Source of the DNA: Dudresnaya verticillata
Taxonomy: Eukaryota
NCBI GenBank assembly: GCA_977862235.1
Contig: OZ374557.1
Coordinates: forward strand, 3,100,001-3,164,000
Length of the DNA stretch: 64,000 nucleotides
Direction: 5' to 3'
Positions 25,476 through 38,722 of this stretch are shown piece by piece (position 1 is the stretch's first letter; the number at the start of each line of letters is the position of its first letter). Under the pieces are notes generated by a model, which was not told the origin of the DNA, made no database searches, and was given only the letters and a program-made list of their open reading frames with translations. A program made the position numbers and the translations under genes.

Positions 25476-26713
25476 ATGCCTGGCAAATGGCAAATGTAGT
25501 ATGCAGGCTCTTTGTTTTGCACTGGTCACGCTGCGTGACCAAGATGCAGAGTACTGCTGTAATGCACTTTGATCATGGCGCGCGCGTGCCGGCGGCGGCT
25601 GTGCGCGCGCCTTCGCCACCCATCTAGGCACCTCTCGTCAGTGAGCGGAGAGGGGGGCCGGTCCATTTCGTAATATGCTTTTTCGAATACTTCTAGGCCG
25701 CACGTCCCGAAAGACCACCCGCCATTGCGCACTGCTAAGGCCGCCGAACCAAGTATGATAAATGCTGTACGTGCCTAATGTTTCGTCCCCTCCGAATTCC
25801 TGTATTGGCGGTGCACTTTTTAGGGTCTCAACATTGCTAGCCTATCTTACAGTACATCATTGACACTTTCCGTTACACATTCATTTTGGTTCTATTTTTG
25901 GTTCTTTACAGGATAATCATGACGTGGCATGCTCGCTTCTGACGATGGCGAGAGTGTGTATCTTCTCAGATCGTTGGCACAAGCTGCAGTCTTTGACCTG
26001 TCCAGGTCTTCCGTCGTGTACCCATAAAGGGGTAAGGGCCATGTGAATGGTCCTCCGGCACGGCCGCTTGGGGATGAAGACTTGCCAAGAAACCACGCAG
26101 TCTAACACGCACAAATATGCCTAACAACCAATAGACGATTTATGCCCCAAGATTCTTCGCCGCGCTGCCCTCTTCATCTCATATTCGTAACTATTTCCGC
26201 CAAAACAAACATGGGATCTGCCTCATTCGTCTAATTGTTGTGCAGTATTGTTCTGGATACCTCTGCAGAACGGACTCATGTCTGATGAAGAGTAAGGGGT
26301 GTTGTACGGACCGCTCAAGCCAGCCGTCCCCGTCTCTAAGCCTGTGCTGGCCTGCGACGGAAAAGACTCCAGAGACTGTCGTATGTCAGTCCCCATTCCT
26401 GTAATCCCCTAATAGGATCAAGTCGGGTGCACTCTGGGGTTTGCACTTGTCACAGATCCACGATGTCTGCAATAGGGATCGAAACTGAGACAATGGATTG
26501 GTTTTCGAGTATGCGATTCACATTGCAATCAAACGGTTCGACTGGAAGCGTGTTGGCTCCATTTCTTGCGTTGGTTATCTTGTATACTGATCTCGCGTGT
26601 GAATGCAGACAGCTTTTGGGTCCAACCTTCGGCCTTAGAAATCGGGGCTTGTGTCCGGGTTCTGTGCCCGGCTTCTGTGCTTCTGCCTTCCCAGCCTTCC
26701 CAGCACAGATACA

Positions 26714-27361
26714 CTAGTCAGAGCTGGAGTTGATTCTTCCCTTTGAATGACGGCTCTTAATGTGAGAGGAAAGGTGCGACTTCTGTCCAAATCGCTTCTG
26801 GCATTCGTCATAAGGGCAAACATGGTTTTTTTCCTTCAGATGGACGCTTGACACATGATCGTGTAACGAGCGATTTTCTCCGAATCTCTTGCGGCATTCA
26901 TGATACGGACATTCGTACTTGCGCTCCTGGTTGTGCACTAGATTTATATGCTTCTTTCGGTTAGACTTGTCCGAGAACCATTTCAGACATTGCAAACATT
27001 GGAAGGGCTTCTGTTGCAAATGCACTGATTTGAAATGATTCTTTGCAACCGAGCGCTGAGAGAAAGCCTTTCCACAAGCTTCACAGGTATGAGGCTTCAG
27101 CTTCATGTGAACTACTCTCACATGTTTATTCAGATTCGAAGCTTGTCCAAATGCTCGTTTGCACACTACACAGCTAAACGCTTTTCGCTCCTGCACGTCA
27201 ACTCCACCCGTAGGCGACGCAATGTTTGTAAGCAACTCTGAACTTGGCCGGAGCACTGTTTCCCAGTAAGATCTGCTCGCAACAGCTCCGATACTCTTCT
27301 CTTGTCCTGGAGGATTGTGCTCCACGGAAGGTTGTAGAACGGAAGGTTGTAGAGAAGACAT
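26714..27361 (-). CDS. C2H2 zinc-finger protein (5 fingers)
   Basis: Five C-x2-4-C-x12-H-x4-H fingers with KPH/KPF/RKY linkers; intact ORF. Confidence 0.92.
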   Translation of the reverse strand: MSSLQPSVLQPSVEHNPPGQEKSIGAVASRSYWETVLRPSSELLTNIASPTGGVDVQERKAFSCVVCKRAFGQASNLNKHVRVVHMKLKPHTCEACGKAFSQRSVAKNHFKSVHLQQKPFQCLQCLKWFSDKSNRKKHINLVHNQERKYECPYHECRKRFGENRSLHDHVSSVHLKEKNHVCPYDECQKRFGQKSHLSSHIKSRHSKGRINSSSD

Positions 27362-28975
27362 GAGCGTCGCAAGATGCGCAATGGCAAGATAGCAGGTAGA
27401 TCTACCGAGACAGGCTTTAGCCTGGAGTATGCATGCGCGTGCCGACTGCGGCTTCTTCTTGACCGGTCTTTAAGCCGACATTCCCGATTGCACGGAATCT
27501 CAGGCACGAAGTGTTTAGGAGTTTCCATCGAAGATTCAAAAGGAAGCGAAAGGGTGCGGTTTTGCACCCTTTCCGAATAAACCAAGGGGAACAGTACCAT
27601 ATCTTCGTCATGGCGTCATTTTTCATCGCGCCACGTGACCGGATGTCGATAACCGATAACAGTTCCTCGTTTGATTTTCCGACCCTTCAAAGACTGCCGG
27701 TTTCGCTGCTCGTTGTAGCATTCTGGCTTCATTCTGTGCACTGGTGCAAAACCTTTCGACAAAAGCTGCTGCTGTTCCACAATCGTCGCGAAGGGTCGGA
27801 AGTATGATAGCCCACTGGGTGCCGACACCTCGGTACAGCACCTGCCGGTTACCATCAGCTGAACAAACACCACACCTGTACTCGGTGAGTGTTTGAGCGA
27901 TGCCGCACAGCCTTCTGTGCGGCACGCGCACAAGATCTGGATTCGGAATCCAGATCCCGGCCTAACTTTGAAAACAGTACAGCACGTGTATCTTCTCCCG
28001 GAGCTGAAGCTAGAGAACACGAAAATGGGCAATATCGTTGCGCTAAAGGCAGGGCTGAGACAGGTGATAACACGCTTGTCACTCTGGTCGGCCAGAGTGT
28101 GAAGGTATTAGAGCAGTAGTACAGTACTGGCAGGAAAGGAACGAAGGCTAAGAGGGAAGATATGGCTCGGTGGCGGAGATATCCGGATTATCACTCTGGC
28201 GAACGAAGCTAGCCAGGTGACTAATCTAGAGAACTAATGCTAGGAGACGTGCCCCCCTGATCTCGGTTTCATTTTGAGTAGATGCTGCCACACCAGTATG
28301 TGCACAAAGTAGAGAGAGTTAAATGAAAATTCACTTCGCATCATAGCAGGAGGCCTCAGAAAATCGGCACAATTGAATGGGTACGCCCTGCCCTGTACAG
28401 AAGCGCTGTCGACAGATGCCATTTTTTCAGACATCGATATGCAGAACGATTGGGCTGCTTGTTGCGAAAACATTGTTCCGAGTATCAGTTCGGGCGTTTC
28501 GAGTGGTGCTACTACGCCAGTATGAGTTTCACCGACGCAACCTGCGAAGCAAGCTATACCGTCAGCAACTGGACAGCTCTGTGACAGTTTTGACAGCTAT
28601 TGGGGCGTTTGGCATCCACATTATTTTTGTTGCATTGTTTCGTTGTGGGGGGTGACAGATACATCGGAACATACTGTATTGTCTTCCCCCACGACGGAGA
28701 GTACGTTTTCGCCTCGCGCAGCGTGGTTGTCGACACCAAGCACGTGCTGGGCAGTGCATGCATTCTATTCGCTGCTAGGGAGCGGGCATTCTCACGCTGT
28801 ATTTGTCCCAGAATTGAGGCCAGCACACGTGCTGAGCACGTTGAAGTTGTGCTGGAGCGCCTGAAAGGACGGGGCACGGCGCATCCTGTATACTGGTGAA
28901 TATCGCAGTGATGACGACCATTGCGTGCTCCATCTATTTCGAACACATGATTTGCACACACGGGATGATTCTCTG

Positions 28976-29401
<426 letters not shown>

Positions 29402-30074
29402 AGCCTTCTTTTTGTGTGAGTGTCGGCTTCTGCTCGTTGCACTGCGCTTCGCTTTGTGATTGTAAACTTGTCTATTGTATCTCCGCGCGTGCTGTGTCTT
29501 TGTCCTCAACACTAGCACTGCTACCATTTTCTTTCGTTCGCGTAGGGCTTCTCGGATTTCATTTCGCCCTGCCGTCAAGCAAGCCCGGCACCCTCTCCCC
29601 TCCCGTGCGCAGAGATCTACCCATTGTGTTTCTGCGTAAGCATCAAAACCCAAAACCCGACATTTCCAGTTTCTCTTGCAGCAGTTGACACGTCGGCCTT
29701 GTCCATCTGTTTGATACATAGGTTCGTCTCTGCTTTTTCGAGACCCAGGGGTCACCACTATACAGGCCCATTCCAGCAGTGCCCTACATCGCTTTTCTTT
29801 ACCTGCCCCTCCGAAAACTGTATCTGAGGGAAAAAAAACTGTATCCGAGGGGAAGGTTCTCAACATTCTACGGCCAGTCGCGCTTCAATTTGAACTTCCG
29901 ACCGATTTCCCATTTGCAGTATCTTGTGAAGTCAGCACTAAGGGCAGCTCACAGCAGCCTTCTGCACAAGATCTTTTGCTTCATTCTCGCAAGGGGTTTC
30001 TTTTCGCAACGCTCTGTCAAGTTCACAACTGACCTACCCGTAACAGCTGGTGCCACTTGAGAGTTCTTCCAAAC

Positions 30075-30587
30075 ATGTCCGGCCGCGCTTCAGGCACGTC
30101 ACACAAACTTCAAATGTCTTACATCCTCAACAATGGCGAAGATCGCTCACGCCACGACCCCATGGATATCGACAATGCGTCATCGTCCTCTGGCAGAAGG
30201 CGCCCGCCTGGTGCTGTGGACGGTGAGCGCAAGTATGTGTGCCCGACGTGCAAGTTTAAGTTCCGTTTAAAGGGTGATATGCAAAAGCACATAAGGACCG
30301 TCCATCTCGGCATTAAGGACCATGAGTGCCCGAAATGCGGTGCGAGATTTGCAGAACGGGGCAATCTCACGAAGCACACGAAACGCCACGAGGGCTTACG
30401 CGAATGGAAATGCAGTGTTTCTGGCTGCTCAAAGACTTTCGTTCTTCGGGATGGGTTGGCGCGACACGAAAAATCTGTACATGGTCTTCAGGACCGAAGT
30501 TTGTCATCTAGACCATCAGAAAAATCTTCTGGTTCGACACCCAGACAATCCTCTCATGACTACTCAACGTCGCGCTCTAGGAAATGA
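30075..30587 (+). CDS. C2H2 zinc-finger protein (3 fingers)
   Basis: CPTC..HIRTVH, CPKC..HTKRH and CSVSGC..HEKSVH; first ATG at 30075. Confidence 0.92.
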   Translation: MSGRASGTSHKLQMSYILNNGEDRSRHDPMDIDNASSSSGRRRPPGAVDGERKYVCPTCKFKFRLKGDMQKHIRTVHLGIKDHECPKCGARFAERGNLTKHTKRHEGLREWKCSVSGCSKTFVLRDGLARHEKSVHGLQDRSLSSRPSEKSSGSTPRQSSHDYSTSRSRK

Positions 30588-33500
30588 GGTGCAGGAGTGC
30601 AACCGCAGCTAGAACCTTGGCAATTTGGAAAGCTGACCTCTACCCGTGTCTCACCAGTTCTGGCCCCAGCATGTTGATGCTAGTTGCAGTGACTCTAAAC
30701 TATCTCGTTCAAGACTATTTGGGATTTAGCACGGTGGCACAATTCGTCATGCCTTTCTTTGCGGTCCGACAGCTGAGGATTTCCAATTATAGCATCTTAC
30801 ACGTACTCTACTTGCTCCGATCGAGTGTTGGAGTACAGTGTGGCAGGCAGGACTGCTTAATTGGATACTTCTGTTGTGGGAGGATTCCATTCAATGGCCA
30901 TCGGAGGACTAATATTACACCTCAATCAGACTTGCTAGCGCTCCGCTATTATCACGTCGTCGGTGAGTGGCAAGAGTTCAGACGAAGATGATCATTTTCG
31001 CCCCTACATTATTATGCCATGTTCGCATTTGGTGTTGAGTGGAAGCGAAAGCGCAAAAAGTGCATATCGCTGCTTCGGTAATAGAATTGTCTCCATTGCA
31101 CGAGGCAGACTACAGGTATGGCCGGAATAGGGACTCACAAATCATGTGAAAAGTCTGAACGCACAACCCAGTACAGTATTTCAAATAGTTCAATGGAAGG
31201 CAAGCCCTGACTGGCTTGCCGGCAGACAATCCCGCTATGCCCGCTATACGCGCCTCAGCTACACAGTGATTTCTTGATATGTAGAACAGAACATAAGAGT
31301 CAACACGACTGAGGACTCATTTGGTCCACATCTGGGTCCGTTGCGTTTAGTCGCGCCAAAACAGATCGGAGGATAAAGTTTTAATTCGGTCCAGAACCTC
31401 TTGCTGTGATAAAAGCCCCCTTACTGAAGGAGGATGACTTAGGCACTAACTATTTGCTATTTCAGTTCTGCAGTGTTCAAAATGTCGCTGTTGTCACGCT
31501 CTGAAAGCTGGCTGGGCTGTCGGCTACAGAAAGAATGATTGAAACGAAGCGGTACGGTAGTCGGTAACTCCCCAAACAGAAAACCTGCAGGCATGAAAAG
31601 GATATCCATTTACACTGCCGGGGAGGGTTGGCAGATGACAATGTCAACAACGATGGTATGAATTTATCCACAAGTCGTTGCAGCCTAGTAGCCTAGGGAC
31701 CAAAACTTTCAGCAGGAATCAAGCGCAGAATAGCAGCAGAAGATCTCCACTGCACCGGCTGATGGTCACCGGAATAGATTCAGGAAGTGGAGCAGCTGTC
31801 CCAGCAGGGCAGAACGATACGATTGCAGAGCAGAACGACGTTCAGTAGCCGGCACTTCCACAACAAGTCTACTCTCTTGTTGGCAGTCCTTGGCCGTCGG
31901 ACAGGTCACGATCAGTAAAACGGCGCCAGCACGGCGCCAGTATGGCCCCCCGCAATAGTCGGAAAGACAAATACGCAGCTACTGAATTCAAGCGATACAA
32001 AGTGCTCATGGGAAGAGCAAGTGCAAGCTAGCATGCAAACTAGCATGCAAACTGGCCTGAGTCATCACGGTAGCAAATAAACAACGAACACATGCAACGC
32101 AAACCTCTGTGTATGAATAGCACAGAAGCAACAGCAATGCGTATGAAGAGGGGCAACGCAGAGAAAAGCGAAAAGCATCCAGAAACAGGGAAGCAAGGAG
32201 AAAACGCTAGTCGCAGAGTATAAAGAAAGAGAGCGCGGGTCTCTCGGGCGTCGTGCCTGTTCTTCGTTGCGGCGGACATACCCCGCTGCAGCAAAATGGG
32301 CGCTGTCAGCTTATTACTGACTTGCCGAAGAGGGGGGGCTGTGTGGCATAGCTGTAAGACCAGCTGTGCCATGAATGCGGAGCTGTAAGACCAGGTGCGC
32401 CACGTGTGCCACGCTGTGCGCACGCTGTCAGCCGGTGGCGAAGACGCCCGCTGGAGCTGTATGCAAGTGCGCTGTGGCGCCCGCGGGTCGCCCTCTCTGA
32501 AACGAGATACTTCCTCGATGCCTCCGCATCCCTGCCTCCGCCCTCTCGGCCTCTCCCTTTATTCAACCACCTACTCGTAGTAGCCCTGATATTTCCAGGG
32601 TGTGACCTCGGGAGATTACTCTCTTACAGTACAATTTCGTAAGTAACCTCAGAACAACAACCCCTCTCGGGTCATTGCTGGCGGTGCATATGGATAAGGT
32701 CTCACACTCTCATCGTCTCAATAGAGGAAATCGTAGAGGTACACTCCAGTCGGTCTTTTCGGGGTAGATGGGGTCTACGGTGTACCTCCCTCAATACAGC
32801 CAACTGAACGCACATCGCGAGAGTGTGGCGACAGTCCATATTGCCACGCATAGCCGCTGTCCGTGCTTCCGCGGCGTGCGGCCACCGCGCGCAACGGCGC
32901 ACTCATTCAAAATAGAAGCCCGCCATGATAGAACAGCCGCGGCACGTGCCCGCACGTGTCCGTTCAACAGCGCGTCACGGTCACGCTCAATCATTATGGT
33001 AATTAAAATCGGTTCCATGAAATTACCTGGGAACGGCGCGCTTGCCCGTATGGGCGCCCCAGACCAGGCCCAAGAAGCAGGCGTGAACGGACGGGCAACA
33101 GCGCGCTGGCCCGTGTGGGCGCCCCAGAACATGCTCAGGACGCAGGCGTAGATGCCACTGTAATAAAATTTGATGTGAGACGCATGCTTCGGTTCGGTCC
33201 ACTGTAGTTATTACCATTCGGGCTTTTCCCGGCAAAGAAGGTGTACGACGTTCCTGTACGATATTTCTTCCGTTGCAGGGCCCTTTCTTGACGACCGGAC
33301 ACCCCTTCAACCCTTCTCCCCACCGCGACCCGTCACAATGACGCCGCCTGCTTTCCAGTGTACTGTGCACATGCTCTGCTCCTTCCCGCTACAGGCAATT
33401 CCCAAATGCCACGCCGTCAGCACTCAAAAGCACCGAAACGTGCTAAGGGTTCTCAGTCTAACCGAAAAACCCCTACTCCTGCACCACTCCTGTCTGACAT

Positions 33501-35273
33501 GTTTAGAGCGCTTGTCGACCCTACGACCCCCACAACTGCGCAACGGCCGACTGCGCGTCCGGCTCGTACGAACACGCCGCTCCAGACCAACACAATCAAG
33601 AGAAGAAGTACGGAAAGCTCCGACAAGATGGCCTATCGGGGGCTCGAGGAGACAGAAGACCTACAAGCAGCAGAAGTTTCTATCCCGAAGGCAACCCAAA
33701 ACATGGCAGGGCGCCGTGATACCAACGTTCATCCGGAACGCCGTCGCCAGTCTCGAGGACCCCGAGACATTCAGAGCACTTCTACAGGTGGGACGCATGC
33801 GACTCAGACATCGGCGGCGGCTGTTACCGATGAAGATGCAATCACGCCAGTTGTGGGTGTCGATCCAGAACGCCGCCGACAGTCTGCACGCCGTGAGCAC
33901 ACCCACACTACTTCTTCGCGTGGGACGCATATGTCTCAAGAAGCTGTGCCCGCAACCGCCGTTGTCATCGAAGTGAATACTGATGACAGCGAAGAAGATA
34001 TGATCGTACCCGTTCCCGATAAGCCCCAAACTACGTCGAAGGACAGTGAGGGAAAGCTCCCAGAACGTCTCAAGCCGAATCCCGTGCCCGAGCTCGCATA
34101 TGTTGCAGTTTCTATTTCGCGTGGATCGAAGGCAATGATATGCCCGACGAAACTGATGCATCACATGCCAGATTTCGAGGCTCTAGTTCGTGTAATTGAT
34201 GTCGCTAAGCTTCTTTCTTATACGACTGACATGGTTCATAATGGATTCCGCCCGTACGAGCCAATTCTCCTTAGCGAACCCATCTGTCAGTTTGACGGGT
34301 TCCATATTAACCTACCGCGCTACGTCTTGGCCGGGAATCACCGTACGTCAGCAGCTCGGGAAGCGGGTCTACCTGTGCTTTGGGCTCGCATCACATTTTC
34401 GAAACAAGTACGTGGCGTCTACGAGCAGTTGTGTCTAGCAGAGAAGACTTTCGTGGGATCCAAGGGCAAGAGGAAGAATTTGGAAGCATCGCCCAGATGG
34501 CCTTCCGCGCCCTCGAGCTTCTGGGGGTTGCTGCAAATGTCCGCGACGTTTCTCCAAAAGAGCGAACACCGCTCCAGAACGTCGCGATGTTGCGCACGTA
34601 CGTGCGAAACGATGCCGTTATCAGCTCCAAGAAGCTTGGGAAGTGCGGAATGTGCTATGGTGGAGTGCATCTGTTGACGAAGCGCATGTTTGCGGACACG
34701 CCTGCGCAAGCAGATGATCGTACGCACTTCTTGCTGAACTGCGCGCGAAAGAACGATCGTCGCAATGCCAACCGCTATCTCCGAGGCTCGGTGCATCTCA
34801 TCGAGACCGTCATACCGAGCACACCGAAAGAACTCGGAGCTCGCAAGTCCGGTCTAGACGTCCTCAAGTACTTCGAGAGTATGCGCGTGATGCCTCCTCT
34901 AGTCATCAGCCACATGTTCAACTGTGGAAGCCTCACAATTCCTGAGCTCCGCGAAATGATTGAAGACGCTGTTCAGGAGTTTGAGGAGACTGGTGCGATC
35001 GAGGAGGCCATATTTACTCGCCCTCTCACCGACGCCAAGAAGGCACAGCGAAAAGTGCCTGGCGGCCTTCCCCAGTCATCGCTACGGGGAAGAGGAAGAG
35101 GGCTGAAGTTGACTACGTGGAGAAGGGTGGCCCGATCCAGAGCAAGAGGAAGAAGACTGGGAGTATTAGGCGATCCGTCGCCGAAGAAGAGGAAGACGAG
35201 ATCGAAGAAGACCGCCGAAGTCCTGAGTATATGACTGCGCAGGCGAGGGATGTGGGAGCTGCGGCGGTTGTGC

Positions 35274-35502
35274 CTGCGAGCGATGCACGCTTCCCAGATG
35301 CGGGAGATGTTGCGCCGGTGAGGGACGCAAGCGTCCCAGATGAGGCTGATGAGACTGTTGCCACCACAATGGACGCATGCGTCCCAGGTGAAGCCCAGGA
35401 GACAGTTGGCGCGGGGAGGGACGCATGCGTCCTAGATCTGGACCAGGACACAGTTACCGCTTCAAGGGACGCATGCGCTCCAGACGTGGCCCGCGAGACA
35501 GT
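35274..35502 (+). repeat. Degenerate 48-bp coding tandem repeat containing GGGACGCATGCGTCCC; continues at 48576-48650
   Basis: Motif copies at 35324, 35372, 35420 and 35468, then 48589 and 48637 after the LTR element. Confidence 0.85.
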
Positions 35503-36275
35503 TGTAGTATAGCTGTCAGCACACTATCAGCAGCGGCTGTAAGGTATGCTGGCAGCGCCGCACTGTAATGGTGCACACGATGACGCCCGCTGGCGAGTCG
35601 TGGTTGGGCAGCGTGCCCTTAGTTTTTTCGTTGAATTAGTAGCGGTCGACCGCATTGCTGCCGGCAGCGGCCGCGCACCGTGCCGCACACGGCGCGCCCC
35701 TGTGACGCTCTCCGGCACCGAGCCGTTGAGAGGGCCGCTGCCCGTTACGCCCCGCGCGCGCCCACGGGTAACCGTTACCCGGACGTGTCGACACGTGTAT
35801 GGGCGCGCGCTCGCACACCTCCCGCGTTGGTGTTGTGGGCCGCACCTACTGTAGAAGTAGTCGTAGTGCACATAGTGTAGGGTATTTAAGACCGTCGTCC
35901 ATCGACGGCTCAGTAAACCGGGCAAGCAACAGCTCGCGCTGAAGCTTGCCCCCAGCCTTTTCGGGTTCGATCCCTTTGCCTTACGCCAGCGGGCGGTTTC
36001 CCTTTTTCCCTTGCCTCGCTAGGCTTTCCCCTTTCCTTTTCCTTTCCGTCGGCTTCGTGCCGCCCTTCGACAGGGACGCTGGGATCCGGCCGCTGCCTAC
36101 CCGCGTACGGTACGCTCCGTGTGCGCTCCGGCATCGACGCCGTCGATCCGCACCTGCGGGGCGCACGCGGCCGACACCGCTCCACCAACCCCAACAGCTA
36201 CCCATCGACGGGTCTGTGCGGCGGCTTCGGACCAGCAAGTATCAGACGTCGGATCGACCCGACGTCTATACTACA
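35503..36275 (+). repeat. 5' LTR
   Basis: TGTAGTATAG...CTATACTACA (10-bp terminal inverted repeat). About 15 substitutions versus the 3' LTR by eye count. Confidence 0.98.
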
Positions 36276-36276
36276 C

Positions 36277-36293
36277 TGGTCTCCCGACCTAGA
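36277..36293 (+). other. Primer-binding site, probably tRNA-Tyr
   Basis: TGGTCTCCCGACCTAGA lies 1 nt after the LTR. Its complement ends CGGGAGACCA, like eukaryotic tRNA-Tyr acceptor ends; the tRNA identity is inferred. Confidence 0.7.
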
Positions 36294-36342
36294 AGTCGTC
36301 GAGACCCAAGTACTTCTCGCATCGACGCAATCGAAGTAAAGG

Positions 36343-38722
36343 ATGTCGAGTCCTCCTGACCCGGCCGCTGCCGAATCGGCCGCTGCCAGAAAAGTTGAGG
36401 ACGCGACGCGTCGCACCTCAATACTGAGTACCATCGGCGTCTCAGGTACTCCTCTACACGATGTGAGGCTCGAGCGGAGGGCTGCACTGCAAAAGGCCCT
36501 CGCCGGGAGTCTGGTCTCGGTGGCCGACCTCCAGCTGCTGTATGAGGAGACCATGGACTCGCTAGCCGAAGTGTACGACCACCTTAAGCTTCGATAGCTG
36601 CGGCGAAGGCCGAAGGCCCGCAAGACCTGGACACGCTTCGACGCGGTCCTTTGGCGTCCATCGAGGACGGAATAACCCGGTCAGAGGGGCTCCTCGATGA
36701 GCTACGCCGCCGCGTTGAGTTGATAGAGCGCGCGCCGACGCGGCAACGCCAGCGGGCTACAGGCCCGTCGTCGGCGCAGCGCTCTCCTCCGCGCCCGCAG
36801 TCACCAGCGGGTGCAGTTCAAGAATCGGCCGCTGTCATACTTGCCGAGCAACGAGCTCGGCATCGCTTTCCTTCACAACCGCCATCTCCACCGAGGAGTG
36901 CGGCGGGGTCGCACCATCCGAGTGGGGACCCCAATCCGTTCTACGGGGTCGACCCCAGGTTGCTCCAACAAGCCCTCGACGGGCAAAACACAAAGGGGGG
37001 ACCGACCCCCCGACAGCACGAGGGCCCGTCTCTGCCTATTGGCATTGGGGCCCACTCATGGCAGGCATCGAGCCTTTAACCACGCTGGTGCCAGAGTTCG
37101 CTAAGGCGATTGACTACCGCTCGTACCGTCTCGATGACGTCGATCAGCAGGACAATCGACAGCAGGTGTGCAGCGGCAACACTGCGAAGATTGTCAGCCG
37201 CATGAAGGCCCTGATGCCCCGGCTCGACCGGTTCGACGGCAAGGAGCCGATTCGCCTGCTTGGTGTGCTTCGACAGCTACGCCAAGCATTCAATGGCGTT
37301 AGACTATCCGAAGGCGCAGCGGCGCGGGTGGTGTCCTGGTTCCTCGATGGAACCGCGTCGCAGGTGTACTCGAGTCACCTGTTCTCGGGGGTGCGCACAA
37401 CGCAGCGCGGCACCCCACCCTGCTGGGCCTCGGTGATCAATACCCTCGTCGAGAGGGTCGTCACGGACGACGTCATCGCAGACGCCCATGACCGGCTGAC
37501 CACCGCCAAGCAGAGGGACGCCGAGTCCGAGCTTGAGTTCGCTACTCGCCTCGAAGGGTATGCGGACGCCTGCGCTGGCGTGTACTCCGATGAGAACTTG
37601 ACGCATCAGTTCCTTCGGGGCCTGCTGCCCACGACAAGACCCGCAGTGGCGGAGAAGGTCAGGCAGCTGCCTATGGTCGAACAGACCAATTTTAGTACCG
37701 TTCGTCGGATTGCCCATAGCGAGGGCACAACCTACCGCGCCCGTTCGGCAAAGGCAGCGCAGCCTACGAACACCTCGGGGCGCGGCAGGTCAGGTAGCAG
37801 CTCGGCCAGCGGCCGTACACTGCTCATCGAGGGCCCACCAAGCTGTCTTAGCGGGGACGTTGCTATCGACAGCACAATGCTGGTGGACCCCGACGCGGAC
37901 GGGTTCGAGGCCGTCGAGACCCTCGACATTACAGGACGCATCGACGCGGTCCTACCCAAGCGCATACCACCGCTCACTCCAACTCAGGAGGCGATGGCAC
38001 GCGCAGTCATCCCTGATCGAAAGGGATGGTACATCTGCTGGTTCTGCCGCGAGGTCGGGCACATCATGTATTCGTGCCCGTACCTCACGAAGGAACAGCA
38101 GACGTACTGCGCGTATGCGAACTGCAACCATCGAATGGAAACGCAGCCGCATTCGCGCAATATGCTCCAACAGCTCATCGACGAGCGCGCACCAGCGGGC
38201 GCAAGGACAGGGAGCCCCGCACGGCGCTACGACGCGCCGCGGGGTGGGGACCGACGCTTCGATGCGAGGGGTCCCCCGCAGCGCATGGGCGCACCAAGGT
38301 ACCGCGGAGAGCCGCAGGGGTACCGCGGGGATCGTCGAGACCCACGCCGCGAGTACCGCCAAGGCGACGCACCGCGGTTCCTGCTGCGCGATAAGCGGTT
38401 CGGCTTCGACGAGCCCGCTGGCCGTCAACCTCAGGCATCGACGCCTCCGAGGGCCGACCCGCGCCGCGAACTGCTTCGAGCAGTTATGACGGTGCAGGAG
38501 CACACCGGTCTCACCGCCGACGAGTGGCTTCCGCAAGCGTTCGACGCGCGGCACAGGGGAGAGACAGCTAGCGGGCAGGGAAGTGATTCCCCTCTCCTTT
38601 TTGACACGCCTCCGCGATCGACGCGAGGCGCCTCAGGGGTTACGAAACACCCAATCGGAATCGAGCACGAAAGTTCGGATTCCGAGGATAATTCTGACCG
38701 GGTCGATCCGGAAAAAGAATAA
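36343..38722 (+). CDS. gag: Gag (main ORF 37058-38722; upstream fragments 36343-36597 and 36651-37079 are probably a broken N-terminus)
   Basis: Retrotransposon capsid-like 'FDGKEPI..L', 'Q...ES..EF..RL' and 'FLRGL', plus the zinc knuckle CWFCREVGHIMYSC. Confidence 0.88.

Noticed and set aside
30600..33100. Short ORFs between the zinc-finger gene and element B
   Set aside because: No recognisable motifs or consistent coding signal.
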